DNA from: Vairimorpha necatrix
Lineage: Eukaryota
Length of the DNA: 64,000 bases
NCBI GenBank assembly: GCA_036630325.1
Contig: CP142726.1
Coordinates: 1,550,001-1,614,000, forward strand
Reading direction: 5' to 3'
Numbering within the stretch: position 1 is the stretch's first letter; each line of letters opens with the position of its first letter. A program made the position numbers and the translations under genes. Below are positions 37,601-50,929 of the stretch, piece by piece. Under the pieces are notes generated by a model. That model saw only the letters and a list, made by a program, of their open reading frames with translations, was not told where the DNA came from and ran no database searches.

Positions 37601-39911
37601 TGTTATTAAATCATATTTATAATGAAGAGAGAGAAAATTTTCATTCAAAACATACAAGAAAAATATTTGTACTGTTCTTTTTAAACATAAATCCATAAAA
37701 CAACTTTAAACGACATAAGAATTTAACCAAACATACATCAAGTATCAAATTATTTTTAAATTATGAAAATTTAAGGCAAATAATTTATTAATTTAGTATT
37801 TAGAACTTATAAAAAGAAATAAAATTTTCAAAAGCATAATATGATATTAATACAAAAAGAATTACAATCAATACTTATGATATAACTATCTTACTTAAAA
37901 CAATTTCTTTTAAAATTATGTTTTAGTTCTTTATAAGATGAGTTTAATTAATTAAGTAAAGTTTGAATTAAATATGATAATAAATATTTATATAATATAA
38001 AGTTATGAGTGATAATAAAATATTTAAAATTTACAAATTTTAATAATTTAATAATGGAATATCAATAAATATCTTTTCCATTTGAATAAATGAGACGATA
38101 AAAGATCTTGTAATATGTAAAAATTTCCAACATTAGTTTTTCTTTATATTTAAAATAGTAAACATTTTATCACAAATTAACTATTAGGAAAATACAAGAT
38201 AAGATATATATTTACTAAATAAATTAGATGATTTGACCGAAAAGATATTTGAAACGATATATTTAATAAAAAAAATTATAATAAATCCTTTAAAATCATA
38301 AAACAAGACACGTGACAAGAAATAAGTTTAATAAAAATAAAAATAGTTTCTTCTAAAAATCTTATCCTATAAAGAAATATATTTAAAGTCGAAATTTAGT
38401 TGTCCCAGAACGCTAGTAAATAAGATGTAATAAAAAATAATAAGATAAATTATATACAACCGATTGCATAAAATATTTTTATTAAACAAAGCTGCTTCAG
38501 TACAGTTTATAAAATTTAATTATTAGAATAAATGGAAGATTATATATAATATTTTATGTATCATAACAAACCAGAGCATAAACAATTAGTATACATCGAC
38601 TTTTTTCAAAACCACAATCGATATATTTCAATTACATATTCTAATGCCACAACTTTTCTTTATCATAACATTGACAAGTCGAAAAATTTTTAATTAATTT
38701 AGGTGTACATAAAACTATATAAAATACTTTTTGGTATGAAAATGACAAATTTAAAGGCTAATATTAACAATATCGCTGTAAATTTATTTGCTCTATTGAA
38801 TCGAATATGATTATCAAGTATATGCAAAGAATATATCACAAGTCTTTATAAGTTTTTTTTGATAAAATAAGATTCAGACATATCACATTAAGACACAACT
38901 ATTTTGCTATTATCATCAAACTATTCAGAAATTGTCCGCCTTTTTGAGCATTTTTTAAAAATAAATTTAAAATAAAATCTAAATCAAAAAAAACCTATTA
39001 TATACTATATTCAATTTATATAACAAATTAGAATAATTACAAAAAAAATAATATTTCATGTTAATATAAAGCTACTTAATAAATTTAAAAACAATTTTTT
39101 GTGAAAATTTCATAACAACTAAAAAAAAGTTTTTTGAGAAAGAACTTCGTATATCAAATTAAGATACAAAAAAATATTAGAAATGTCAACTTAGAGATAT
39201 GATTAATTATCTAGATTCGTTTGCTTGTTTTTCGAGATTCATGCGTTTGGTTTCTAACAAACTCTATTGGAGTATTATACAAAAAAACTTTAATTTACGA
39301 TCGTAAAACTCTTATAAACTAAATCTTTTTTAAGTACAACGATGATTGACACCCCTTAACCTTTCAAAAATACCTTAAAGTTAAATGTCTGCATATATTT
39401 CTCAACACAGCCACAAAAAGATATTATAATATGATAATATTCTTTATGATCCAAATCAGTTCACATAATATTTTATGTCAAACACTGTGATTGACTTATT
39501 TATTATATAAATAAGTTAAAAAACTATACATGCTTTTTTATTAGAGCATAAAAATGTAATGTTCTTCCTCAATTGACCTCCGCAGTTGCGCGCTTTTTTT
39601 GCGGTACACCATTATTTACCAATACTATGTTCTTATTTAAAGAAATTATTTCTGCAAGTCTTATCAGGGTTTAAAAAAAAGCGCGCTAATTTATGCTTAT
39701 TATATTTTTTACCTAAAATTTTACTTTTATTAGTCTTTAGCTTGATGAATTCTTATATTTGCTGTGGTATTTTGTCTTATGGCATGACGTATAATAATAT
39801 ATTCTAAATTTATAAATTGAGACAAATTAAAATTTTAAATTGATATCCATCTTGTATACAAAATATTATATTTTCAAATATAATTGTTTATCGAAAATGT
39901 AAATTTACAAT

Positions 39912-42900
39912 TGTGGACGGCGGATAGTCCGGACCAATCAGATTGTCTTCTTGACATCTGAAACATGATAATTCTGAAACAACGTTTCAGAATTAAATAT
40001 AAATACATCCTCGAATTTATGAGGATGGGCAATAATAAAAAGAATACTCTAAAACCTCATATTTCGGCTAACGTCAACACTGGCGACAACGCAAACCAAT
40101 CTGTTGAGAAGGACAGATTAAGTACTTTACTAGAAGCAGTGGGCTTCAGGAAGGATGGCATAAGACCATTCAGTGGTAAAGGAGGCATGGAAGTTGAGCT
40201 ATGGCTGGAACAATTCTCGTATTTAGAAGGGGAATGGAAAGGCGAAAAACTTCTATCCTATATGAAACCCTATGTCGTGGGAAGAGCTAAAAAATGGATG
40301 ATAGCGATGGAAGACATCGAATATACTGACTTCATCAGTTTTAAACAAGCTCTTATAACTAAATTTGGTGTAAATAAACAAACGACAAGAAATGAAATCA
40401 AAGAGTTATACAGAATATTAATATCTGGTCCTAACGAAAGTGGCCTGGAAGATTTCATAATGGAGGTTATAACCCAGAATAGGAAAGCTAAATTAGAGTT
40501 TAATACAGTCAAAATGGAACTGATCGAGTTTTTCCCAACTGTTCTTCACGACAAAGTAAAAGAGTCGATGGACTGGAAGAGCATCATCAAAATCTTAAAT
40601 GATAACGAAGATTTTATTAAAAGATTAGGTAAATATAATAAAATTACACCAGAAATAAAGTCTAAAAACTCATCTTTAATAACAAAACAGAGAAAAGATA
40701 CTAAAGCAGAAATTTCATGTTTTAACTGCGGAGGGCAACATTATGCGAGTAGATGTCCGAGCAAAAACCAAAATCTGAAGAAAGAAAAAGCGGCTTATTC
40801 AAGTTCTAGAAGGGCTCAAATTATTTCTAAAGACACTAAAAAACTCAACGAAGTCAATGAAAATAAAACTGATTTAGTTTATTTAAAAGTCAAAATTTAT
40901 AATAAAACTGTTAATGCCTTACTAGATACAGGAACATCGCATTCGTTTATAGATAAAAGTCTCATACAAGAATGTAAGTTAGAAAACATGAGAAGAGAAC
41001 GCATAACAACTGCCACTGGTATAGTTTCTAGTTATGGTAGCATTAATGGAGTCCTGGAGATTGAAGGAAAGAGGTACAAAATTCCCCTCCAGGTGATGTG
41101 TCCATTAAGCGAAGATGTAATATTAGGAAGAGATTTCTTGGAAATAAACAAAGGAGCGATTGATTTCCATAACAAAAGAATTACTCTTGGGGAAAATATA
41201 TTAAAAACCGGAAATATAAAAAAAAATATGGATTGTCTGGAGTTAAGACATATATCTAAAGAGACATCACGACAGCCAAGTGTTCACAGCACATGTAACA
41301 CAACGTTGGAATTAGTCAAAGACTACTTTGAAAGGCTGAAAGGACGTGAAGAAGGTCTCAGCAATACGTTGGGAATAGCCCATAAAATTGATTTACGCCC
41401 CAACGTGACAATAGCTAATATGAGAAGTTATACTATGGACGGTAAAAAGAAGGAGTTCATAATTAACGAATGCCTAGAGTTGGCTAAAAATGGAATCATA
41501 ACAGAAAGCGTGAGTAGGTGGAATGCACCTATAGTAGTGGTTAAAAAACGCACGGGAGGACACAGGATGTGTATAGATTATCGAGAATTAAATAATCGAA
41601 CGGTAAAAGAAGTTTGCCAGCCTCCAACTATTGAGGAGTGCCTTAATTCATTAAGTGGAGCCAGATATTTCACACAATTAGATCTAGAAAAGGGGTATCA
41701 TCAAGTGCCCATGGATCCAGAGTCACAAGAGTTGACAGCCTTTATGTCACCAGTAGGTAAGTTTCAATATAGAATGATGCCTTTCGGCTTAACTAATGCC
41801 CCGGCAACATTCCAGAGACTAATGTATGGAGTTTTCAGAAATTTAATAAATTCCAAAGTCGTAGTTTATATGGACGACATTACCATATATAGTAAAACGC
41901 ATGAAGAACACCACAGAGATGTAAGAGAGGTCCTTCAAGTCTTGTTAGCAAACGGACTTAAAATAAGTACTGAGAAAAGCGTTTTCTGCACGAAGAGGGT
42001 GGATTTATTAGGTCATTCAGTAATGGATGGAAAGGTATTCCCAGATGAAAAGAGACTAGGTCCTTTTAAAGATAAGCTAAAGATAGAAACTATTAAACAG
42101 TTACACTCATTTGTTGGCGGAATAGGCTACTTCAGAAACTATTTTAAGAATTTTTCTAGTAAAACATTTATATTAAACGAAATAATCAATAGGAAAAGAG
42201 AATTTTCAAAAATTGAAGTCGAGAAAACTGTAAATGACTTACGACTAGAATTAATAAATTCGGCGTTTTTAGAACTCCCAAATATGGAAGAGATGTTCAT
42301 AATAGAAGCAGATGCATCAGATTATTGTATAGGCGGTGTTCTCAAACAGAAAAAGAATCAGAAGGATGTGGTCATCAGATTCTGTAGCAGAAATCTAATG
42401 CCTGCTGAGAGGAACTATCCTACACTTGAAAAGGAAACTCTTGCAATAATTTATGCGGTGAAGACTTTTAAAAACTATTTACATAAAAAATTTGTCATAA
42501 GAACAGATCACAAATCTCTTGTATGGCTTTATAAAGTCAAGAATCCACAAGGAAGGATTGCTAGATGGTTGATGTTCCTGGCAGACATGGAATTTGTGAT
42601 TGAATATAAGAAAGGGAAAGATAATGTAGTAGCAGACTGCCTTTCAAGAGTCCAATTAAAATCAATAACCAAGGAAGATGGCGATGGGGCGTCTACGAAA
42701 TTAATCTTAGAAGCTCATTCCTTAACTGGACATAGTTGTGCCAATAACACGTACAATTTTTTGAAGATACATCATGCGGGATCAGGAATTTCTCGAGATA
42801 GAGTGAAAGATATATTGAGAACATGTGGAACATGTTTAAAATTTAAAAGGAATAGACCGTTCAAACAATATCCAACAAATGTAGAAGGAACATTCATGGA

Positions 42901-43933
42901 AATTGGGATCGACTGCATCGGTCCACTGCCAAAGTCGAAATCAGGACACAAATTCATTGTTCTCGCAACCGACTACTTTACTAAATGGGTTGAGGGTAAA
43001 GTTCTAAAAAAGAAATCGGCAGAAGAGATAGCAAGATTTCTAGTGGAAGACGTATTCTCAAGACATGGGACGGTCAAAACGATCAGGAGTGATCAGGGAT
43101 TAGAGTTCACAAATAAACTAGTGAACTCAGTGCATCGTTATGGGGAAGTAGATTTAAACATTCATCTCCATACCACCCACAAGCTAATGGTCTTGCAGAG
43201 AGAACAAACAAGACCATGATAGAAAAAATATCAAAAGCCATGGTAGATCATGAACAGAACTGGGATAGAGTATTCCCGTATGTGTTAATGCAATATAGGA
43301 TTGGTATAGTGGAACGCTTTAATGCGTCACCCTTTATGTTACTATACGGCAGAGAGCCTTTAGTTCCAAGCAATTTAATTGAGATACCATCAGACTTTGA
43401 TTTATATTTTGTTGATCCAATTGAATATGTAAGACAGAAAAGAGAGAAAATAAATATTATTAAAGAAAGAATAATGGAAGTAGAAGATAAGAAAAAGGCT
43501 AAGTCTAACGAACGAAACTTATATAAAGCAGACCCCAATGACTTAGACATAGGAGATACAGTTCTTTTAAAGAAACACGCACTATTGAAGAGAAAATTCG
43601 AATCACCATACGAAGATGAAGAGTTCGAAATTATCACTAAGAAAGGCAAAGGTGCTTATCAAATAAGAAGTTGTAATGGAGGGAAAACATTTGATATTAA
43701 TCGAAAAGATTTAGTTGCTGTAACCGAAACTGAAAAGACGATATCTTATTTGATGAAGGGGAGAGTGTGGACGGCGGATAGTCCGGACCAATCAGATTGT
43801 CTTCTTGACATCTGAAACATGATAATTCTGAAACAACGTTTCAGAATTAAATATAAATACATCCTCGAATTTATGAGGATGGGCAATAATAAAAAGAATA
43901 CTCTAAAACCTCATATTTCGGCTAACGTCAACA
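39912..43933 (+). mobile_element. Full-length Ty3/Gypsy LTR retrotransposon (4022 bp)
   Basis: Identical 168-bp TG...CA LTRs at 39912-40079 and 43766-43933. PBS TGGCGACAAC at 40081. PPT GAAGGGGAGAG at 43755-43765. Direct repeat TACAAT at 39906-39911 and 43934-43939. Confidence 0.97.
39965..43815 (+). CDS. Gag-Pol polyprotein (Gag CCHC, protease, RT, RNase H, integrase) with one -1 frameshift in the integrase
   Basis: CFNCGGQHYASRC; LLDTG; RMCIDYRELN, MPFGLTNAP and YMDD; EADASD and RTDH; H..GH..C..C; IGIDCIGP and SDQG. After ~43133 the -1 frame gives SPYHPQANGLAER, then joins ORF 43216-43815. Domain order PR-RT-RH-IN is Ty3/Gypsy. Confidence 0.93.
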
Positions 43934-44879
43934 TACAATATTAGCAATTAACATTGTAAAGAACTTAAAGGCTGTTTAAAGATATATTAGTTTCGTTTAT
44001 TCAGCCAAAATAACAAAAAATATTCTCATTGAAACAATAAATAATTCAAAGTTCTTAATAAAAATCAGGAAATAAAGCATAATATGTTTTGTAGAATATA
44101 TACTTTGGTATGTATATATACATTCGATTAATAATTATGATAAGTTTTCGTTAAGAAAAAGTTTAAGAATTAGTGAAGGTACTTAGATGATTAGATTATG
44201 TAGGTAAATATACATTTCATTGGGAGGGAGAGGTAGGTAGGTTAGGTATTTACTATCTAGAAAAAATCTAATTTTTAACTTTTGAAACAATTAAAGTTCG
44301 CAAAACGAAGCAATGCAAAGTATTTTCTATTTATTTATATTTTTGTATATTTAGATCATCAATTATGGTTTGTTAGTCCCTTAAAGTTTTTAGATGATCG
44401 ATGTATGAAGAAGTTGTGTCAATAAATAACCATAATTTTTTAATAGTGTAAATGTAGAAATTCAACCTTTTAAATTGTAATTATAAATTAATAATATACT
44501 ATATACACTAAGAAGCGAAATTATTAAAAAAGCCCTAACATAACGTATTTTAACAACAAACAGAAACATACTGTGTCGAAATATTGGTTAATATATTCAA
44601 ATCATTGGGGTACTCGGAAAAACAGAACTTATACTCTATTTAAAAAATCAATTGTAAAGATGTATATGTATATATAAGAAGGATAATGAACTTAAAAGAA
44701 GAAGAAAAAAAAAACTTTACTTCTAAACAAAAAAAATTAACATTTATAGTATATGTATGTTAAGTTAGAAGTATTGATTGTCTTGATGATATTTTTTAAA
44801 GAAAAATAATTTCAAATTTTTTTATAGATAAGTAACTATAGCTTAATAAACATATAAGAAGGAAATAACAATGTCGTAA

Positions 44880-45380
44880 AATTTAGAATATCTAACTACA
44901 TATAAATTCATATTATAGTTATACAGGTACTTTTTTTTTCTTTATTTGTTTTCAAAGCTTTTATGAAATTTGATAATTTTTCATTTTCTTCTTGTATATA
45001 TATAAGAAGACAAATATAGAAAAATATGAATATATTAAGAACAGCTGAAAATGCATATAAATACACATTATTGTTCTATAAATGACACCTGGGTATCTTT
45101 ATTTGTTTTTAAAGCTTTTATGAAATTTGATAATTTTTCATTTTCTTCTTGTATATATATAAGAAGACAAATCTTGAAAAATATGAAAAAATTAAGAACA
45201 GCTGAAAATGCATATAACTTCATATTATTGTTATACAAGTACTTTTTGAGTATCTTTTTTTGTTGTTAAAGCATTTATGAAATTTGCCATTTTCCATTTC
45301 CTTCTTGTATATATGTATAAGAAGACAAATCTAGAAAAATATAAAAATTCTGAGCATCTAAAAATGCATATAATTGTACG
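44880..45380. repeat. Tandem repeat, ~157-bp unit, about 3 copies
   Basis: AAAGC(T/A)TTTATGAAATTTG...TTCTTGTATATAT.TAAGAAGACAAAT...AAAATGCATATAA recurs at ~44954, ~45111 and ~45268. Confidence 0.85.
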
Positions 45381-47358
45381 GTCTTATGTGATAACAAGGA
45401 ATCTGTGTATATATATGCGTACTTATTAGTTTATATGATTTATTTTTTCTAAATAAAAATCAAAGTATGTCTTTATTATGAAGATTTTAAAACAGAATGA
45501 TTCTAAAAGTTTCTAGCGTAACCGTGGGTGTTTTACGATTTAACATTCTAACATAAGAACAAAATTAATAAATGTATACTAATTGGTAAAAATTTTTATT
45601 ATAATGATTAAATATTTTAAAAACTCTCAGAAAAAATCTATATTTTAATTACAATTACATCTAAATATATATACAAGTCTTTAAGTATCAGCAATAATTC
45701 TAATTTTATGGCTAATGGAAAGTCTCTGTGTATATTTGTACATGAGAAAGATAATGAACACGAAAAAAGGAGAAATTGACACATCATAAAACTAGTAAAA
45801 ATAACATGTGTATATATGTAAGTAGATTACAAGTTTTTTTTATTCTAATTAAAACCTTTATTATATACATGCTTTAATTTTTTAAAGGGTATCTATATGC
45901 ATATATATATATATATATATAAAAGTACAAAATAAAAAACTTAAAAATCAAGAAAAATATACATAAATATTAGTGCAGTGAAATTAATTGTATTGAAATA
46001 ATAGAAATTTCTATATGGTAACATATAATATATAAGTATTTTTATGTAATTAAAACATTCAATTATATAATTATTGCCGGTATCAACACATAGAATAAAT
46101 AGATTTTGAATTAAACAAATCAGAATATAATTTGTGTATAAATTAATAACAAGATTTTTTGAATTTAAAGATGAATTTTTATTATTGGAATACATAGAGG
46201 TACATTAGAAAGAATATAATTGTGGAGAAAAACAACCAATACCCCATTGGAAAACAATACTCTATAAAAATACAACACTTTAATATAATATAAAACGAAA
46301 TTTAAACATCATGAAGATTTTATATTTTATTTATTTAATACGAGAGAGCGATTATATAAATGTTTCGAGAATCGTCACAATTTCTATTAAGAATAATAGC
46401 AAAATCTCATAAGTACGTATATATGAATTTAACATTGAAATTATCTAAAAATTGTAATTTTTATACAAAAATGTAAATATTATCGTAGCCAATCAAATAC
46501 TGATCAATCATATTCTACAAATAACAGATTTGATTGGCTACAAAAAGTATTTAATAACATTTCCAAAAGAGGGGATGGAAAATAAGAAGAAAGAAATTGA
46601 CATATTTCAAATAAATAACATCTTATAAAATCAAGATACTTATATTATATAATTATATATAATTTTTTGCATAATTTAATGAGAATTTCTAAAAAAATAA
46701 GCTTTAATAAGAATTGTTATATTTATAAAAATTATGTTATGTCTAAATAACATCCAAATGATCACGCCACAAAACATTTCTCTGGACTAGTGAAGAAGAG
46801 GGTACGAAGCAGATGTGGAAAGGACTATGGAGACGAGAAGCAACCTACAAACAGGAGAGGCTAACGCGGAACCCATATTTGTTAAACTATAAATATAAAT
46901 TACAATAAGCATAACATATTAGATTCATTTATTTTTATGTCGAAATATAACTATATCCCAACGATATCTTATGGTAGTATAACATATAATTTTACGATCC
47001 AATATAGGATATTATAAAATTGGTTATAACATCTTGATCTTAAGATATCTCATGATTTTACGAGATCAAGATTACTTTAATAAAGGAAAGTTTTTGAAAA
47101 ACTTACTTTCAATATATGAAAATATTGGCAAACCTGTTCAGGAGATGATTAGACCACCTTCAATTAAAACGAAATAAATATATATCTGATTGTTGTGTTA
47201 GTATCTTTCTATTAGAGAAAATATTTTATATCTGATCGTATAATATTTACTCGTTAAATCAGTAGTAGATCAAAAAAGTAAAAAAAATCTCAACATTTTG
47301 AACTGATATTTTTTGTATATCTTTTATATAGAAACCTCATTAATAACTATTTCTAATA

Positions 47359-47394
<36 letters not shown>

Positions 47395-48146
47395 ATACTT
47401 TTTTGTTTAATATTTTGTTTTCGTATTTTCTAAAATTTTATCCTTATACATCTGTTTTAAATTAAAAGCAAATTGAGAAATAGGTATAATTATAAATACT
47501 TCTTAATTAAAAATATTCATTGTTAATTGTATAGTGTTATAACATTAAATATGATAACGTTTTGAATTTTACCATTTATTTATATCAGTATATAGAAGGA
47601 ACACAAAAAATTTTAAGCATTCTGAAAGTTTTCATAAATTTCTTTTTAAATTCTTAATATCATAAAAGAAAAATTAGAATAATCATCAAAATATTCTTGT
47701 TTACACATATCACACAATTCATCAGACTGATGCTCTATGAATAATATTAGTAAGTAGGATTATTTAAATACTCGAAATTTCTAAAATTACACCTTTATTC
47801 ACGTAAAACTGTTTCCAAATAATCTAATATTCATAATTTTGATCTTAATTCTAATACCCTTTTAATAATTGAAACATTTATTCAGATAATGGTAAACTTA
47901 TATCTATAGAAGTTTTCGCATACAATCTTCTCAATGATTATGTAATAATCATACTTATGTTTGATTAAGCAATAATGAGGTTTAAATGCGATTATTAAAA
48001 TCATTGTTTTCTAGAGACTAGAAATATATGACTGGAGAAACCTTATGTTTATCAATCAATAGATTATATAACTATATTTGGGTAAAACACATGTAGCGGA
48101 AGAGCTTTTATATAATTATAGTAAAAAGTGCAATTACAATTCTTTT

Positions 48147-48460
48147 GACAGCCCGTGTTTTTTCACTGTTAATGTAATTTTTTTTAATTTTATGCTCATG
48201 ATCTTATTTATCAGCTAATGATTATTATACAATTCAATACTTCGGAAATTTAAGTATACATCTGTATTCCAACTTTTCAACTTCTCGCGACACGTGGGAT
48301 GCGCAAGCGCTATAAGGTCTTGTCCATTGAAGTTGGTATAACTAACGGTACTCAAATTTCTGAAGTATATAATTCGTATAATCAATATTTGCTGATAAAA
48401 AAAGATCATGAGCATAAAACATAAAGATTATTACACTAGCAGAAAAAAAAATTGACTGTC
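48147..48460. mobile_element. Fold-back/MITE-like element with ~130-bp imperfect inverted arms
   Basis: TTTTATGCTCATGATCTT.TTTATCAGC...ATACTTC.GAAATTT.AGTA at ~48188-48257 pairs with its reverse complement at ~48349-48419. Pairing extends outward to GACAG/CTGTC. The spacer is GC-rich. Confidence 0.6.
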
Positions 48461-49079
48461 TTGGATTAGATATTGTATAATACTCTATTTTTGAAAATAC
48501 TATATATTCCGCAAATTTTCATTGTCATTCCAACTTAACTTATCTCTTTATTGCACCAATCCAATCTTTGATTTCTCATTGCCCATAAACAAAAAAATTT
48601 TATTTAATATTTTAGGAGGGAAATTTAAAATAAACAAAATATAGAAAAGAGCGTAGATTTTGAATTTAAAGAATTTAATAGCAAAAATAAAACAAATTTT
48701 TGTAATAAATTAATTAAAAATATACAATCAAAAACTAAACAAATATGTTAATTACTCTTTATTCAATGATCTTTATTTGAAATTTATTATTAATTTTTCT
48801 TTGTCTACAGGGTAACAACTCAATTAAAAAGATGACCAGATGGTATTTTTTGAAATTAAATACGGCCTTAAAATTTTTTAAATTCTCTTGACATTTTTGA
48901 AGAAATTCAAAATTTAATTAAATTTTTACTAAAAATCAATCGTAATGTCAAACTAAAATATTTTTTCCAAAATAATAGTTACAGTTGTAAAATTTTAAAA
49001 GTTTAGGAATTCATTATTTCTAAACTTTATTATTATTGTGTACATATATATTAATATTTTAAATTTTATTTGCATTCTG

Positions 49080-49402
49080 CAGAAATCTAAACATTTCTGG
49101 AAGCATACATTCAGTCTAATGTGATGAAGAAAACTCCAGAGTGCATCTCTTTGGAACGACGAACAAGATGCGATAAAGATTATGCAGAAGAAGAAGTGGT
49201 TAGAGCTTTAAGCGCACTAGCGAATATGGCGACTGTTGAACAAGCGATGTCGGTATAGGAGATGAAGCTTAAATTTGGAGCTGAAAAACATAAATAATTC
49301 CACATAAATTAAAGTCTATGAAGAGCCGAATTTAGTGAGCGATACCGGGGGAAACTGTGCTAATCTAACTTACATGATAAATTAACTCAATAAATCTTTT
49401 AT
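49080..49402 (+). mobile_element. Diverged 3' fragment of the RLE non-LTR family (copy D)
   Basis: Similar to 34300-34622 (CTTTGGAACGACGA...GCGCACTAGCGAATATGGCGACTGTT...GAGCGATACCGGGG). Ends in AATTAACTCAATAAATCTTTTAT. Confidence 0.8.
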
Positions 49403-50150
49403 ATGTTGTCAACACATGATACAAACATTGGCGTACATACGAATGTAGCAACGACCATGCAACTTTCGTTTGATTGTGTGACCCAACTTGACATGCCGTC
49501 CGAAACGGTTGACATATTTTTGACATCTGTCCATGTGTTGTAGTAATTTACATCACTGTATCTAAGAAAAACAAAATCTCAATAAAGAATATTAGTTAAA
49601 TCACATTAATATGTTTTTATTATTTGAAGTCTGAATAAATAAAAGAATGTAGTTCATATATAGTTGTAGCAGATCAAATACATATTAATCATATTCTTAC
49701 AAATGACAGTTTTAACTTTTTTAAAAAATTTTAAAAAATTTACTTTAGAGGGTATGGAAAATAAGAATAACAAAATTGCCAGATATAATAGAGAAATTGA
49801 AATACGATTCCAGTAAATCTTAAAATTTGCGATCACATATGAAAGTATTTTGTATATAATAAAGGATATATACTCGTTTTTGCCGTGTAAAATCTTTAAA
49901 TTTTTTAGTATAACAAGTATATATATATTAGAAAGGTATATTCGGATCAAGAAAATCTTATATAATTTTATTTTCCAAAAGAAAGCATAGAACTAATATT
50001 GTAAATTGTTCTATTATTTGATTCATTCGATTCAATGATCTTTCAATATGACTAATATGAAATGTTTTTTTATGCATAGAAAGAAAACAAAAATAAATGA
50101 AACTTAAACTATAATTGGTTTTCTCAAAGGATAACAAAAAATTTAAATAA

Positions 50151-50220
50151 GTGTGCTTGGCAGAATAGTTGCACCTTGATTTGGGATATCGAAGGTCCAA
50201 GGTTCGATTCCCGGTGGGAA
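50151..50220 (+). pseudogene. tRNA-like sequence (tRNA pseudogene or SINE head)
   Basis: A-box-like TGGCAGAATAG and B-box GGTTCGATTCC (50201-50211) at tRNA-like spacing, with TTGGG in the anticodon region. Acceptor stem does not pair well. Confidence 0.35.
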
Positions 50221-50929
50221 TAAAATTAAAATTTATATTCGCTGTGTAGAAATATTTTTTGTTGGGCATATAGTCGTCAATAAAAATAATATTGCAAAAT
50301 TGATAGACTAAACAAATATTATGAAAAGTATCTCTTGTAATGAATTGATCATTAATTTCTGAAATATATTTACAATTCGAATTTTAATGCATATAATTTG
50401 TCCTTCTGTGTTTCAAAATACCATAGCTGTTTATTCTATAGGGATCTAAAAGCCAATTATGGCACTCTTGATGTAGAAATTTATAAGGTTTGTTTTTATA
50501 CAAACAAGATATAGTATAAGATGGAGATCTGTTAAATTATTTCATTAGTGACAATGAAGTTTAAAAAGTTTGCTTTAAGTGTTCTGTGTAAGAGAAAGGG
50601 CCATCTGAATTCTAGATGATTTATATATATAATATCGACACTAGATTAAAACGATAAATCTATACAGAGGTTCTAAAATCTTCATTTTAATATATTTATT
50701 GATTTAATGATGCGATTAGAGGCTTGTATATAAAAAATATTCTCATCAAATCTAAATGGTTACGTCGGAGATAGTGAAGCGCAAGTATTCGGTAATAGTT
50801 AAGTGAGTAGAAATACCCTATATCAATTGGATTAAAACTCAATTTCTTTTGAGTTCATGTATAAGATTTCTTATTCTCTTCTACTCGCCAAGAATACGAA
50901 ATATTAAATTAAATAAAGGCTATAAGTCA

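Noticed and set aside
34640-39900. Short ORFs in long AT-rich intergenic stretches (also 44-52 kb, 55-59 kb and 62-64 kb)
   Set aside because: They are 60-100-aa I/F/Y/K-rich frames expected by chance at this composition, with no motifs or start signals.
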